Virus record (IMG/VR): IMGVR_UViG_3300017747_003894
Location: 1-45,985 of that record
Direction: 5' to 3' (one strand)
DNA: 45,985 bases
Origin: a virus
Lineage: Duplodnaviria; Caudoviricetes
Positions 8,677 to 17,812 of this stretch are shown in pieces. Both the position numbers and the translations under genes were made by a program. The notes under the pieces were generated by a model. It saw only the letters and a program-made list of their open reading frames with translations. It searched no databases and had not been told where the DNA came from. Every line of letters begins with the position of its first letter. Positions within the stretch are counted from its first letter, which is position 1.

Positions 8677-8927
8677 CGAGACGGGTATTTGAGTTTGGGC
8701 TATCTCGGGATTTAAAATCACACTTCGCCCGTCAGCGGGCAAATTTGAGGCCGTTACCAAACGGTAGCAACGTGGAGCGAGACGGGTATGAAAAACTTCT
8801 TCAAGGAATTGTTTTGGTTCATCGTCGCGATCGTTCTTTTGTCGATCATTTTTTCGTCGCCGCGTTTCGCCGAAGGAAGCGAAAATCCGAACGCGAAAAT
8901 TTTGACCCCCAGCGAGACGGGTATTTG
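8677..8927 (+). repeat. Three direct repeats of CGAGACGGGTAT
   Basis: Copies at 8677-8688, 8778-8789 and 8913-8924. The first and third extend with TTG. Confidence 0.75.
8689..8723 (+). promoter_or_regulatory. Putative promoter with operator upstream of the nuclease gene
   Basis: TTGAGT-N18-TAAAAT overlapped by TCGGGA-TTTAAAA-TCACAC (8705-8723). Confidence 0.5.
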
Positions 8928-9246
8928 GGTGAGAGTCGTCGACGGCGACACGTTCACCCTGGCTGGCGAGTCCATCCGGATCGCTGACATTGATGCGCCG
9001 GAACTATTCAGCCCCAAATGCGACGCTGAAAAGCGGCTGGCCAAGCTGGCTAAGGCGCGCCTTGCGCAGCTGCTAGGCAATGGCACCGGCATCGCGCTAG
9101 AGCGCCAAGCCGAGCCGGATAGGTACGGCCGCACACTGGCAACGGTGCTAGTGAACGGATCCCCCATAGGCGCGACGCTTGTGGGTGAAGGCCTAGCCGC
9201 GCCCTGGGGCGGCAAGCGCCACGGCTGGTGCTACTCCTGTCCCTAG
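8788..9246 (+). CDS. Thermonuclease (SNase family) with N-terminal TM/signal segment
   Basis: RVVDGDT, IRIADIDAPE, DRYGRTLA and LV.EGLA motifs; hydrophobic N-terminus. Confidence 0.85.
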   Translation: MKNFFKELFWFIVAIVLLSIIFSSPRFAEGSENPNAKILTPSETGIWVRVVDGDTFTLAGESIRIADIDAPELFSPKCDAEKRLAKLAKARLAQLLGNGTGIALERQAEPDRYGRTLATVLVNGSPIGATLVGEGLAAPWGGKRHGWCYSCP

Positions 9247-9251
9247 ACGCA

Positions 9252-9276
9252 GAAAAGGGGCGCAACGCGCGCCCCT
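9252..9276 (-). terminator. Rho-independent terminator between convergent genes
   Basis: AGGGGCGC-AACGC-GCGCCCCT hairpin with an A-run on the left, i.e. a U-tract on the minus strand. Confidence 0.6.
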
Positions 9277-9295
9277 AGTCCGCCCTAGAAGAAAA

Positions 9296-9508
9296 TTAGC
9301 ACCAAGGTTTAACGCTTGGAACCTTGCGCGCGGATTTATACGCTTCGTCAAACGCCGCGCGCGCGAGCCTGCTATTCTCTAGCGTTTCGAATCCGCACAT
9401 GCGCGCAAGATATTGCCGCTCGAACATTGCGCGCGCTTCGTCGCCTTCGTTCCTGGCGATTGCGCACTTGCGGCCGCAATCTTGGTACGCTTCAATTGGA
9501 TTAAGCAT
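9296..9508 (-). CDS. Hypothetical protein (cassette 4)
   Basis: 70-aa ORF preceded by AACCCAGGAAAGGA. Confidence 0.65.
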   Translation of the reverse strand: MLNPIEAYQDCGRKCAIARNEGDEARAMFERQYLARMCGFETLENSRLARAAFDEAYKSARKVPSVKPWC

Positions 9509-9527
9509 GGTCTATTCCTTTCCTGGG

Positions 9528-10232
9528 TTATGCGGCCGCGATCGCGGCCGCTTTCTTCTTCGACGTTCCATGCGCCGGGAAGCCGACAATCACTTTCCGA
9601 TCAGCGCGCGCGCACAATTGGCACTCTGCGCAGTTCGTTTTGAGATACGTGGCCGGGCAAACTGCCACGGTGCGCCCCATAGGCGTCTCAAGCGTGCGCG
9701 TGGTGTTCCCGTCGACGCTATCGGGCAATACGCAAACCACCGGCGCGCAATCGTAATCCGCGAGTGCATCCGCGTGGCCAAGGTTGTTGGCGGAAAGGTT
9801 CACGACGAAACCGGCTTTGTTCGCGGCCTGGATCGCGCGCCTGTTGTGAAGGCTTGGCGGATAGTGGGTGTAAGTGAACCCACGCTTTCCGGCGTTAGCG
9901 CGCGCCAATTGCGCGACCTTATCCGCGTCAAGTTTCACGCGATCACCGGGCAGGTCACCGGCTTGGTTATGCCGCCACAGAATGCCGGCCGGCAAATCGC
10001 GAATCATGCCGAGGAATTCGCGCCATTGCACGCCAACCTTCTTTTCTGTGACCTTGCGCCAAAAGAGTGCAAGGGGGCCGCTTTCCGCATAGCAGCCGTT
10101 CAGCGAAAAGGGGCATGCTGTGGGACATGTCTTTTCCGTCGTCGTCGAAACCGGGATAGGCCCCGTTTTCACGTTGCGTGATTTTAAGGTGAGATGCACG
10201 CGCAATTCCGGCGTGCTAGCGTTCCTTGCCAT
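9528..10232 (-). CDS. Conserved Cys-rich phage protein, GP88-like, possible Fe-S/radical-SAM-related (cassette 3)
   Basis: N.KTGPIP, CPTACPFSLNGCYA, WRHNQAGDL, FTYTH, CPA...CAECQLC motifs. Confidence 0.6.
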   Translation of the reverse strand: MARNASTPELRVHLTLKSRNVKTGPIPVSTTTEKTCPTACPFSLNGCYAESGPLALFWRKVTEKKVGVQWREFLGMIRDLPAGILWRHNQAGDLPGDRVKLDADKVAQLARANAGKRGFTYTHYPPSLHNRRAIQAANKAGFVVNLSANNLGHADALADYDCAPVVCVLPDSVDGNTTRTLETPMGRTVAVCPATYLKTNCAECQLCARADRKVIVGFPAHGTSKKKAAAIAAA

Positions 10233-10307
10233 TGTTTGAAACCTTCCGAGGGTTGAATTGTGGCTAAGGCCGGATCCGGGTTGCCGCCCTGATCCGGCCG
10301 CTTTGTT

Positions 10308-10517
10308 TCAATATTCGCCTAAGCCCTCGGCCACATAGGCCGCAACGCAACGGCGTTCATGCTCGATTTCAAGTTGCTGAACGCGCGGAATCTGGATCGA
10401 AACTTTTGTTGCGCCAAGTTTCAACGCGCGTTCCTTTTCGCGTTGCGCGTCATCGAGCGAGTAAACCAACACGGACACAAAAGAGTGCCCCAACTTGTAC
10501 CAAACCGAATAAACCAT
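10308..10517 (-). CDS. Hypothetical protein (cassette 2)
   Basis: 69-aa ORF preceded by CAACCCTGGAAAGG. Confidence 0.6.
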   Translation of the reverse strand: MVYSVWYKLGHSFVSVLVYSLDDAQREKERALKLGATKVSIQIPRVQQLEIEHERRCVAAYVAEGLGEY

Positions 10518-10598
10518 TTTCCGAACCTTTCCAGGGTTGACGCCGCATCAAGTGCAGCATGAGGGGCACCGGATCCCGATGCCCCCTTGCTGCACTCG

Positions 10599-10961
10599 TT
10601 ACTGTGGCAGGGGGCCGGTGAGGGAAAGCAGCTGATACGCTGGCGTCCATTTGGCCGTTTTGCTCCAACCCTTTTTGGGGTTCCACGCCACGCAACGGCG
10701 TTCCTGGGTCCCTCGCACGTCGCGTGATTCGCGGCATGCCACGAAGCGGAAGGTCTTGCCGTTGGACGTGACCCGGTGCGTCGCATGTTTCGGCGTGATT
10801 ACCGGCGCCTTAGTCGTCTCACGGGGCGCGTCACTCGGGAATGTAGGGGCGGCATTGTAATCGACCGCAATGGGCGCCTCTTGCGCCATCACAGCCGCGA
10901 AACCGGCGCCAAAACCGGCGAGAACGACGGCGGAGACTGAGAGGATGAGTACCTTACGCAT
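10599..10961 (-). CDS. Hypothetical exported protein (cassette 1)
   Basis: Signal-peptide-like N-terminus MRKVLILSVSAVVLAGFGAGFAAVMA; preceded by CAACCCTGGAAAGGA. Confidence 0.6.
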   Translation of the reverse strand: MRKVLILSVSAVVLAGFGAGFAAVMAQEAPIAVDYNAAPTFPSDAPRETTKAPVITPKHATHRVTSNGKTFRFVACRESRDVRGTQERRCVAWNPKKGWSKTAKWTPAYQLLSLTGPLPQ

Positions 10962-11012
10962 TGAGTTATTCCTTTCCAGGGTTGCGAAAACGCGCCAATT
11001 GCGTTTTCATGA

Positions 11013-11031
11013 GTGTGAGTTAAATTCCCAA
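11013..11031. promoter_or_regulatory. Operator-like site upstream of the leftward cassette array
   Basis: GTGTGA-GTTAAAT-TCCCAA matches the 19-bp consensus. Confidence 0.55.
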
Positions 11032-11076
11032 ATGTGGCCAAATTAAGGCCGAGTTTGACAAATTGGGAAAATTATT

Positions 11077-11349
11077 TTGGCCGGGAAACTGCGGAAACAG
11101 GGGCAAGGCAAGCGGCCGCAATCCAAAATTCGCGGCGTGCGCCTCGCGTGTGAGCGCGGATCGTATGTCAGGGATTGCGACGTGAAGGCCAGGCTGTCCA
11201 AATCCGAGCGGGAGCGATTCCACGCGTGGAGAAAGCGCACCGGCTTGAATACGTCTCAAGCGATTCGCGCGCTGATCCTGCAAGCCGTTCACTTTGGCTT
11301 CATCGGGCAAGGCAAGGCTGCACAACATGATTCGCCTGCACAGAAGTAA
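11077..11349 (+). CDS. Ribbon-helix-helix DNA-binding protein (start uncertain)
   Basis: VKARLSKSERERFHAWRKRTGLNTSQAIRALI fits the RHH pattern. Confidence 0.55.
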   Translation: MAGKLRKQGQGKRPQSKIRGVRLACERGSYVRDCDVKARLSKSERERFHAWRKRTGLNTSQAIRALILQAVHFGFIGQGKAAQHDSPAQK

Positions 11350-12289
11350 TCCGTACACGGACAATCGCCCCTCGGATCTTGCCACAATCCCGCCACAATT
11401 CGAGGGGGGCTTGACAGCCCGAAGGGACAGGCAGAAACGAGGCACATCCCCCTCGCGCGCCCGGATCATAGAGCGCCACGGGAAAAGCCCCCACATATGA
11501 ACGCACGCACCGGCCGACAGCTGAGCCGCCAGCGCCCCAACGCACGCGGCAACGGATGAAGGGAAAGACGGGGGAACACGTTACCGTATTTGTTTGCGTA
11601 TCGCCGAGGCAAGCGCGCGCGGCCAGGCCGAGGCAAAGGGGCACCGGGATCAGGGGGGATACACACAGCTTGGCGGTCTGTCAGACCACGCCGCCGGTCT
11701 GTCACGGTTCGCTAACCGATTGATGCGACTACGTTTCCAGACCGCCGCGAACTGATCACTGATCACTCACAGGACACGACGGGGCGGGGGGCACTTGGGC
11801 GGACCCGGGGTATGGCGTGCGTAATTAGGGGTCCCACTCTCAAACTTTTTGAAACAAAAGGGCGGTTCGTGGGTTTATCGCTTTTTCGGTCGATCGGTGG
11901 CGGATCTGTGCGGTTGTTTGTGGATTTTGGTGAGAGGAGTGGGAAATTAATTGCGGGGTGGGATTTAGTTGCTATGTGATTGGGGCGCGTTTGAGAGAGT
12001 GCGCTTCGGTGAGTGGGTCGGTTGCGCTTGGTCTTCCAGGGTTGGCGCGCCGGCCCATTTTTTTTGGAGTTTGAGATGTCGGTTATGGATGCGGTAGTTC
12101 GCGGGAACATGGAGTGTCCTGGCTGTGCGTTTTTTGGGCTGTCGCATTGGCCTGGCTGCGGGAACCAGAATGTCTTTGCGCCGCGGATGCGGGTGACGAC
12201 GCGGCGTTCGTACCCGCAGCTTTCGGCTCCGGGGGAGTTTCCGCGCGTATTTGGCGAGCGTCTCGAGGTGCGGATTGAGGCGGTGGAGG

Positions 12290-12895
12290 ATGAGCCATTC
12301 CCGCCCTGCGGAGGTGCCGGTGGCTAAGAAGCTGCGCAGTCCGGAGCATGATGACCGTGAGTTGGCGACGGATGAGAAGGCGCGGTTGCTGGAGATTATG
12401 GCGACGGTGCCGGAGGGGGATGTGAGGCGGACGGCGGCGGCTGAGGGTTTCCCGATGCGGGTGGTGGACAAGTTCATCCGCCGGATGCGGACGCGGCATG
12501 TGGGGACGGCTGAGGCGGTGAAGGCGTTTGGGCATGGGGAGATGCTGCATGCGCTCGGCGAGAAGATGACGCTGGCGCTCCAGGCGATGACGCCTGAGAA
12601 GATGGCGGATAGTCCGGCGCGTGACCTGGCGGTGGTGTTCGGGATTTTGGCTGAGAAGCGGGAGTTGTTGCAGGGCAAGCCGACGCAGATTTTCTCGTTT
12701 GAGGAGCGTCGCTCGATGAAGGAGTTGCTGCCGGCGGCGATCCGGGAGGCAGCGCGGCGTGGGTTTGTGATTGACGGGACGTATACGGAGGACTCGTCGG
12801 TTGAGCCGCGGGTGATTTCGGAGACGGTGAAGGAACAGGTTTTCAACAAGACGGCGCCGTTCATGGACAAGTTGCCGACGGAGCGGAAGGGATGA
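12290..12895 (+). CDS. Putative terminase small subunit (start uncertain)
   Basis: Upstream of TerL; HTH-like N-half; LAVVFGILAEKRELLQGKPT segment. Confidence 0.55.
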   Translation: MSHSRPAEVPVAKKLRSPEHDDRELATDEKARLLEIMATVPEGDVRRTAAAEGFPMRVVDKFIRRMRTRHVGTAEAVKAFGHGEMLHALGEKMTLALQAMTPEKMADSPARDLAVVFGILAEKRELLQGKPTQIFSFEERRSMKELLPAAIREAARRGFVIDGTYTEDSSVEPRVISETVKEQVFNKTAPFMDKLPTERKG

Positions 12896-13083
12896 GGCTG
12901 ACCATCGAATACACCAAGGCGGGGATTGAGTCCTTCTTCAGGCTGTGTGCGCTTCATTCGCAAATCGGCGTGTCATTGAAGGACGTGGTTGAGGGCGCGG
13001 CTATTCCTGAAGGCTGGGAACTGGATCCGACGACGTACTACTATCTGCCGAAAAACATTGAGTTTCTGGACCTCCGCCGATGA
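12892..13083 (+). CDS. Hypothetical protein
   Basis: 63-aa ORF, ATGA-coupled. Confidence 0.55.
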   Translation: MRLTIEYTKAGIESFFRLCALHSQIGVSLKDVVEGAAIPEGWELDPTTYYYLPKNIEFLDLRR

Positions 13084-13214
13084 CGTTTACGGTCAAGGTT
13101 GTCGAGGGCGGCTGGTGGGTTGAGGTCTGGCACAAGCGCAACGAGCGGGTTGAGCATGTGTTCACGGACCGGATGCTGCTGATGGAGTTCCTTGATCAGC
13201 TGGTAGGTGGCTGA
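13080..13214 (+). CDS. Small hypothetical protein (44 aa, not in ORF track)
   Basis: Manual translation MTFTVKVVEGGWWVEVWHKR...LVGG; ATGA and TGATG overlaps at the two ends. Confidence 0.5.
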   Translation: MTFTVKVVEGGWWVEVWHKRNERVEHVFTDRMLLMEFLDQLVGG

Positions 13215-14941
13215 TGCCGCGGATTGGCGACACGTTTCTCGATCTGACGAAACTGGATCCGGGCCAGTTGAACAATTTGCCGGGGGATGCGTTCCGGTAC
13301 TCGCTTGAGCAGCTGCTGCGGCTGGACGCGCAGGACCGTCGCGAGATGCAATTGCTGCGGTACGAGCCGCCGAACCCGCGGACGAAGTCGATTTTCAAGT
13401 CACGGGCGCGGTTGGTGGGGATTGGCGGCGGCAACGGATCGGGCAAGACGACGACGGCGATCGTGAAGGCCTTGGCTTTGGCGACGGGTGTCATTCCGGA
13501 CAGTGTGCGGGACGATTTGCGGCCTCAGTTTCGCGGCCCGATCAATGTGCGCATCATTGTGCAGTCGCTGACGACGGTTCTCGAGCAGATTATTTTGCCG
13601 AAAATGATGTGGTGGAAGTGGACGGGCGTTGATTTGCCGGGCGGGGAGCGTGGCCACTGGGGCTGGATCCCGAAAATGTGCCTGGTGGATGCGTCATGGG
13701 ACCGATCCTGGTCGAAAAAGCACCTGACTTTGCACGTTTTGTGCCGAAATCCGGACAATCTGGACGAAGTGATGGGTCAATCGATGATCCACTTCATGTC
13801 TCATGAGCAAAATGCGGCGGATGCGGCGTCTGGCGACTTCCATATCATCGTGATGGACGAACCGCCGAAGCTGGCGATGTTTCGCGAGTCCCAGGCGCGC
13901 ACGATGCGTGTGAATGGGCAGGTTTTGCTCGCGATGACGTGGCCGGATGACCCGACGATCCCTGTAGACTGGATTTTCGACGAGATTTACGAGCCGGGAC
14001 AGCCGGGGCCGAACAAAAACCCGGACATTGACTGGTTCGAACTGTGGACCGAGGAAAACACGACGCTGGACCAGCGTTCGGTGTTGGAGCAGGCGAAGAA
14101 ATGGTCCGAAGACACGAAGAATGTGCGTCTTTACGGCCGGCCGATCCGCTTTTCGAACCGTGTGCATCCGGGGTTCACGGATATTCCGATGACCTGGTCG
14201 CATGCGGCGGGCAAGAACGTGTTTCCGATCGATGGCAAGTGTCCGGAGACGGGGTCTGCCGACCTTGTGGAGTATTGCCACGTCGAGGAGTTCGAAATCC
14301 GCCCCCGGTGGCCGACGGTGTTCGTGATCGACCCGCATCCACGCAAGCCGCACATGTTTTTGTGGGCGCAGATTGATCCGTCTGACGACATCTATGTGTG
14401 CGCGGAGGGAGCGATTGATGCGGACCCGGTCGGCACGCGGATGAACGTGGAGGAGCAGGAGCGGTACTACGGTCTGTCCGTGATCGCGCGCCGCCTGATT
14501 GACCCGAACATGGGAAACTCGCCCTCCTCGAGTGACCGTGAGAAAACGTGGCAGTCGGAGTTCTACGCGGCGGGGCTGGCCTGCGATCTTGCTGATGACA
14601 CGGATGTCGGGCGCAAACTGATCAACGAATACCTGAAGGTAGACCGTCGCACGAACCGGCCGCGTTTGTTCATCCATCCGCGCTGCCAGCAGACGGTGCA
14701 GCAGATGAAGCGGTACGTGTGGGACAATTTCCGGCGCGCTGACGAGCGGGATCTGAAGCAGACGCCGCGCGACAAGTACGACGATTATCCAACGATGCTG
14801 AAGTACCTGCTAAACTCGCAGCCGGCGTTCAAGGCTTTGACCGGTGCCAACGATGTTGGCCGCATGATGAATTCGCCCTTCCGGGCGGCGGCAAAACCGA
14901 AGCGTCGAGGTGATGTGATTTACAGGGATGACCGGCCTTGA
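13214..14941 (+). CDS. terL: Terminase large subunit
   Basis: Walker A GGNGSGKT, Walker B IIVMDEPP, coupling motif AMT, nuclease VIDPH and DD motifs. Confidence 0.9.
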   Translation: MPRIGDTFLDLTKLDPGQLNNLPGDAFRYSLEQLLRLDAQDRREMQLLRYEPPNPRTKSIFKSRARLVGIGGGNGSGKTTTAIVKALALATGVIPDSVRDDLRPQFRGPINVRIIVQSLTTVLEQIILPKMMWWKWTGVDLPGGERGHWGWIPKMCLVDASWDRSWSKKHLTLHVLCRNPDNLDEVMGQSMIHFMSHEQNAADAASGDFHIIVMDEPPKLAMFRESQARTMRVNGQVLLAMTWPDDPTIPVDWIFDEIYEPGQPGPNKNPDIDWFELWTEENTTLDQRSVLEQAKKWSEDTKNVRLYGRPIRFSNRVHPGFTDIPMTWSHAAGKNVFPIDGKCPETGSADLVEYCHVEEFEIRPRWPTVFVIDPHPRKPHMFLWAQIDPSDDIYVCAEGAIDADPVGTRMNVEEQERYYGLSVIARRLIDPNMGNSPSSSDREKTWQSEFYAAGLACDLADDTDVGRKLINEYLKVDRRTNRPRLFIHPRCQQTVQQMKRYVWDNFRRADERDLKQTPRDKYDDYPTMLKYLLNSQPAFKALTGANDVGRMMNSPFRAAAKPKRRGDVIYRDDRP

Positions 14942-17400
14942 GCATGATTGACGAGCCGATGCAGGATCCGATGGCGGCGGAAGGCCCGCTTCCGGAGAAC
15001 CCGATCGAGGCTGCGATGCCGGACGTTCCGCGTCCCCGCAGGCGCCTGCGTTCCGTGACGATCGACCGTCGCAAGGTGGCCGAGCGCGTGGTGAAGTTCT
15101 ACCAGGACGGCCTTGAGGCGCGGGCCGAAGACCGGCAGCGACGCATCCAGCGATACGCGAAGTTCCGCATGTGGACCGAGGAGAAGAACTGGCCGTGGGT
15201 TGGTTCGTCGAACATGGGCCTGCCGGACATGCTGGAGAAATCGCTGCGCGTGCAGGACACGCTGCACAATGCGGTGATGGCCTCGCGTCCCGGCGTGTTC
15301 AATGCGAAGGCGGCGAGCGATGCGAACAAGGGCAAGGAAGACGTTGTCACCAAGCTGCTTGATTACCAGGTGTTCGTCGAGGCCAACGGCGAGAAGCAGA
15401 TTGGCACGCTGATCGACTCCTACGTGAACGACGGCTGCTTTGCGGCACTGACGACGTGGGTGAAAGAGCGGCGCGACGTGTGCGAGCGCATGGAGTACCC
15501 GCTGCCGCCCGAGAACGAGGACTTTTTCCAGTACCTGAGTGGCATCGTGCAGAACGAGTTTCCGCAGGCGCTCGACATCTACCCGGATGACGAGGAAGGC
15601 TGGGAGTGGTGCGTCGACCTGGATAACGACGAGAAGGTGCGGGTGTCGTTCTACACGGAAGAAGACGACACGGACGCCGGCGAGTCCCGCGTCCTGGCGG
15701 TGACGAAGAAAGCCGTGGTCACGCACGATGGTCCGGTGATCATCCCGTTTGACTACGATGACGTGATCACGCCGCCCGGTGTGTCGAACCTGCAGATTCC
15801 GGGGCCTGCCAATCCCGGTGGTTCCCCGCACGTGATCCTGCGGTCCTATCCGACGCTCGACGAGATCCGCCATCTGGCGGCGACGGGGTACTATGACCTT
15901 GTCACCAAGGAAGAACTGGACGCGCTGAAGCCTGAGATGCTCAAGCCGTCGAACGACCACATCAAGAAAGAGGCCCTCGACAAGCTGCAGGGGCAGAGCC
16001 AGTGGAAGATGCCGAGCGACAACGCGCACGGCACGCTGACGCGGCTGCTTGTGTTTGACCGCTATGACCTCGACGGCGACGGGTTGGCCGAGGACGTGGT
16101 GTTCTGGGTGCTGGAAGAGCCGCGCATTGTGCTGCGCGCCCGCCACCTGACGGAAGTGTTCCCGGCCAAGGTGCCACGGCGCCCGCTGGCGGAGGCGACC
16201 TTCATCCCGGCCGGCGACCGGCGCGAGGGCGTGAGCCTGCTCGAGATGCAGGAAGGCGTCCACGACGTGCAGAAGATGCTGTTCGACATCACGGTCGACA
16301 GTGGCACGCTCGGCGCCATGCCGATTTTCTTCTACCGGATGAGCGGGGCTGTGAAGCCCGAGAACCTGCAGCTGTTCCCTGGCATGGGTGTGCCGGTCGG
16401 TGACCCCGGCCGCGACGTGATGTTCCCCAACATCGCGAACACGAACGGCCTGTCGATGATGCTGAACCTGATCACGATGGCCGGAAACTGGGGCGACCGC
16501 GCGACGGTAATCGGCGACTTCCAGCTGGGCCGCGTACCGTCCGGTAGTTCGTCGGCGCTGCGCACGTCGGGTGCGATGTCGATGCTGCAAGCCCAGGGCG
16601 ACGCGCGTCCGGAGCGAATTCTGCGCCGCCTGTTCAATGGCATCGGGCAGATCTACGCGAACATCCACGACCTGAACTGCGCGTTCCTTCCCCGCAACAA
16701 GCAGTTCCGCATCTCGGGCGTGAAGCGTCCGGACGAGGATCCCTACCTGACGGTAGAGGGTCGCGAGAAGATCGACGGAATCTACGAGTTCGAGTTCGAG
16801 GCCAATGCGTTCAACACGTCGAAGGCGATGTTGCAGCAGTCGCTGATGCAGTACGCGCAGATGATCCTGTCGCCGATTGGCATTCAGTCGGGCCTTGTGA
16901 AGCCGGACGGCATGTACACGCTGATGCGCGATCTCGGCAAGGCGCTGGGCCTGTCGCCGGACAAGTACGTGACGGCGCCGAATCCCGAGGCCAGCCTGCC
17001 GCTGATTACCGCGGAGGATGCGATCACGCAGATGCTGGAAAGCATCATGCCTTACGGGCGTCCGCAGGAAGGCACGCAGGGCCACATCGAGAAGCTGGCG
17101 CAGTTCTACCAGGATGATGCGTTCGGTCAGTTGAACGAGAAACAGGTGCAGATGTTCGGCGAATATATCCGCCAGCTGGGTGAGCGTCTCCAACAGGAGC
17201 AAATGCAGGCTATGATGGCGCAGGCTGCGGCTCAGTTTCAGCAGCAGATGGGCGGAGGCGGACCGGGTGGTGCGCCGACGCAGAATGCCCCGCAGGTTCC
17301 GGGCGGTCCGCCGCCGGTGAACGGCGGCGAGTTGATGGACGAGACTTTGCCGACGGCCGGCGGTGGCGGTGGGCAGGACATGCAGATGGCAGCGGAGTAG
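14938..17400 (+). CDS. Portal protein (podovirus/P22-like size)
   Basis: 820 aa directly after TerL; RTSGAMSML-type segment; Q/P/G-rich C-terminal tail. Confidence 0.8.
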   Translation: MSMIDEPMQDPMAAEGPLPENPIEAAMPDVPRPRRRLRSVTIDRRKVAERVVKFYQDGLEARAEDRQRRIQRYAKFRMWTEEKNWPWVGSSNMGLPDMLEKSLRVQDTLHNAVMASRPGVFNAKAASDANKGKEDVVTKLLDYQVFVEANGEKQIGTLIDSYVNDGCFAALTTWVKERRDVCERMEYPLPPENEDFFQYLSGIVQNEFPQALDIYPDDEEGWEWCVDLDNDEKVRVSFYTEEDDTDAGESRVLAVTKKAVVTHDGPVIIPFDYDDVITPPGVSNLQIPGPANPGGSPHVILRSYPTLDEIRHLAATGYYDLVTKEELDALKPEMLKPSNDHIKKEALDKLQGQSQWKMPSDNAHGTLTRLLVFDRYDLDGDGLAEDVVFWVLEEPRIVLRARHLTEVFPAKVPRRPLAEATFIPAGDRREGVSLLEMQEGVHDVQKMLFDITVDSGTLGAMPIFFYRMSGAVKPENLQLFPGMGVPVGDPGRDVMFPNIANTNGLSMMLNLITMAGNWGDRATVIGDFQLGRVPSGSSSALRTSGAMSMLQAQGDARPERILRRLFNGIGQIYANIHDLNCAFLPRNKQFRISGVKRPDEDPYLTVEGREKIDGIYEFEFEANAFNTSKAMLQQSLMQYAQMILSPIGIQSGLVKPDGMYTLMRDLGKALGLSPDKYVTAPNPEASLPLITAEDAITQMLESIMPYGRPQEGTQGHIEKLAQFYQDDAFGQLNEKQVQMFGEYIRQLGERLQQEQMQAMMAQAAAQFQQQMGGGGPGGAPTQNAPQVPGGPPPVNGGELMDETLPTAGGGGGQDMQMAAE

Positions 17401-17404
17401 GGCG

Positions 17405-17812
17405 ATGTCTGGAAGACAACGAAGAGGGCTTGGGTTCTCGAACGACGAATCAACGCCGTACATTCCCGGCGTAACGTATGGCACCAAGTACCCACGTGGC
17501 GAGGGTCGGCCAGACGACGATGAACAGATGCCGGATGATGAACTGGAGCGTCGCCAAAGCGAGTGGGACCAGCGCAACCCTGATGGCATGAAGCCACCAA
17601 GGCTGACGAGTGAACAGGAGGCAGTGCTTCGGGATCCCCGTCGCGTTGCAGATCTGGAGAAGCAGGTCGAGTACATCGCCGCGTCGGGGCAGTCAGACGA
17701 TTTCGAAGGCGACATCGGCCCGTGGTACGGGACACCGATTTACGACCGTCTTTACGAGGCGTGGCACCGCGGAATGAAGAAGCGCAAGTACAAATCCGGA
17801 GGACGTTTCTAA
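17405..17812 (+). CDS. GLGF-tagged hypothetical protein
   Basis: MSGRQRRGLGFS...; hydrophilic; GGAG RBS. Confidence 0.65.
   Translation: MSGRQRRGLGFSNDESTPYIPGVTYGTKYPRGEGRPDDDEQMPDDELERRQSEWDQRNPDGMKPPRLTSEQEAVLRDPRRVADLEKQVEYIAASGQSDDFEGDIGPWYGTPIYDRLYEAWHRGMKKRKYKSGGRF

Noticed and set aside
8677-8927. Mini CRISPR array
   Set aside because: Repeats are only 12-15 bp with long unequal spacing, and there are no cas genes.
12013-12327. Cys-containing ORF upstream of the putative small terminase
   Set aside because: It lies in the G/T-skewed region, overlaps the next gene and has no recognisable motif. It cannot be excluded but is unsupported.
14920-17715. 931-aa minus-strand ORF and other long antisense ORFs (e.g. 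1016..2368 +, 33094..34617 -, 36483..38474 -, 43724..45004 +)
   Set aside because: These are shadows of well-supported genes on the opposite strand in high-GC DNA, with R/H/L-rich composition and no motifs.
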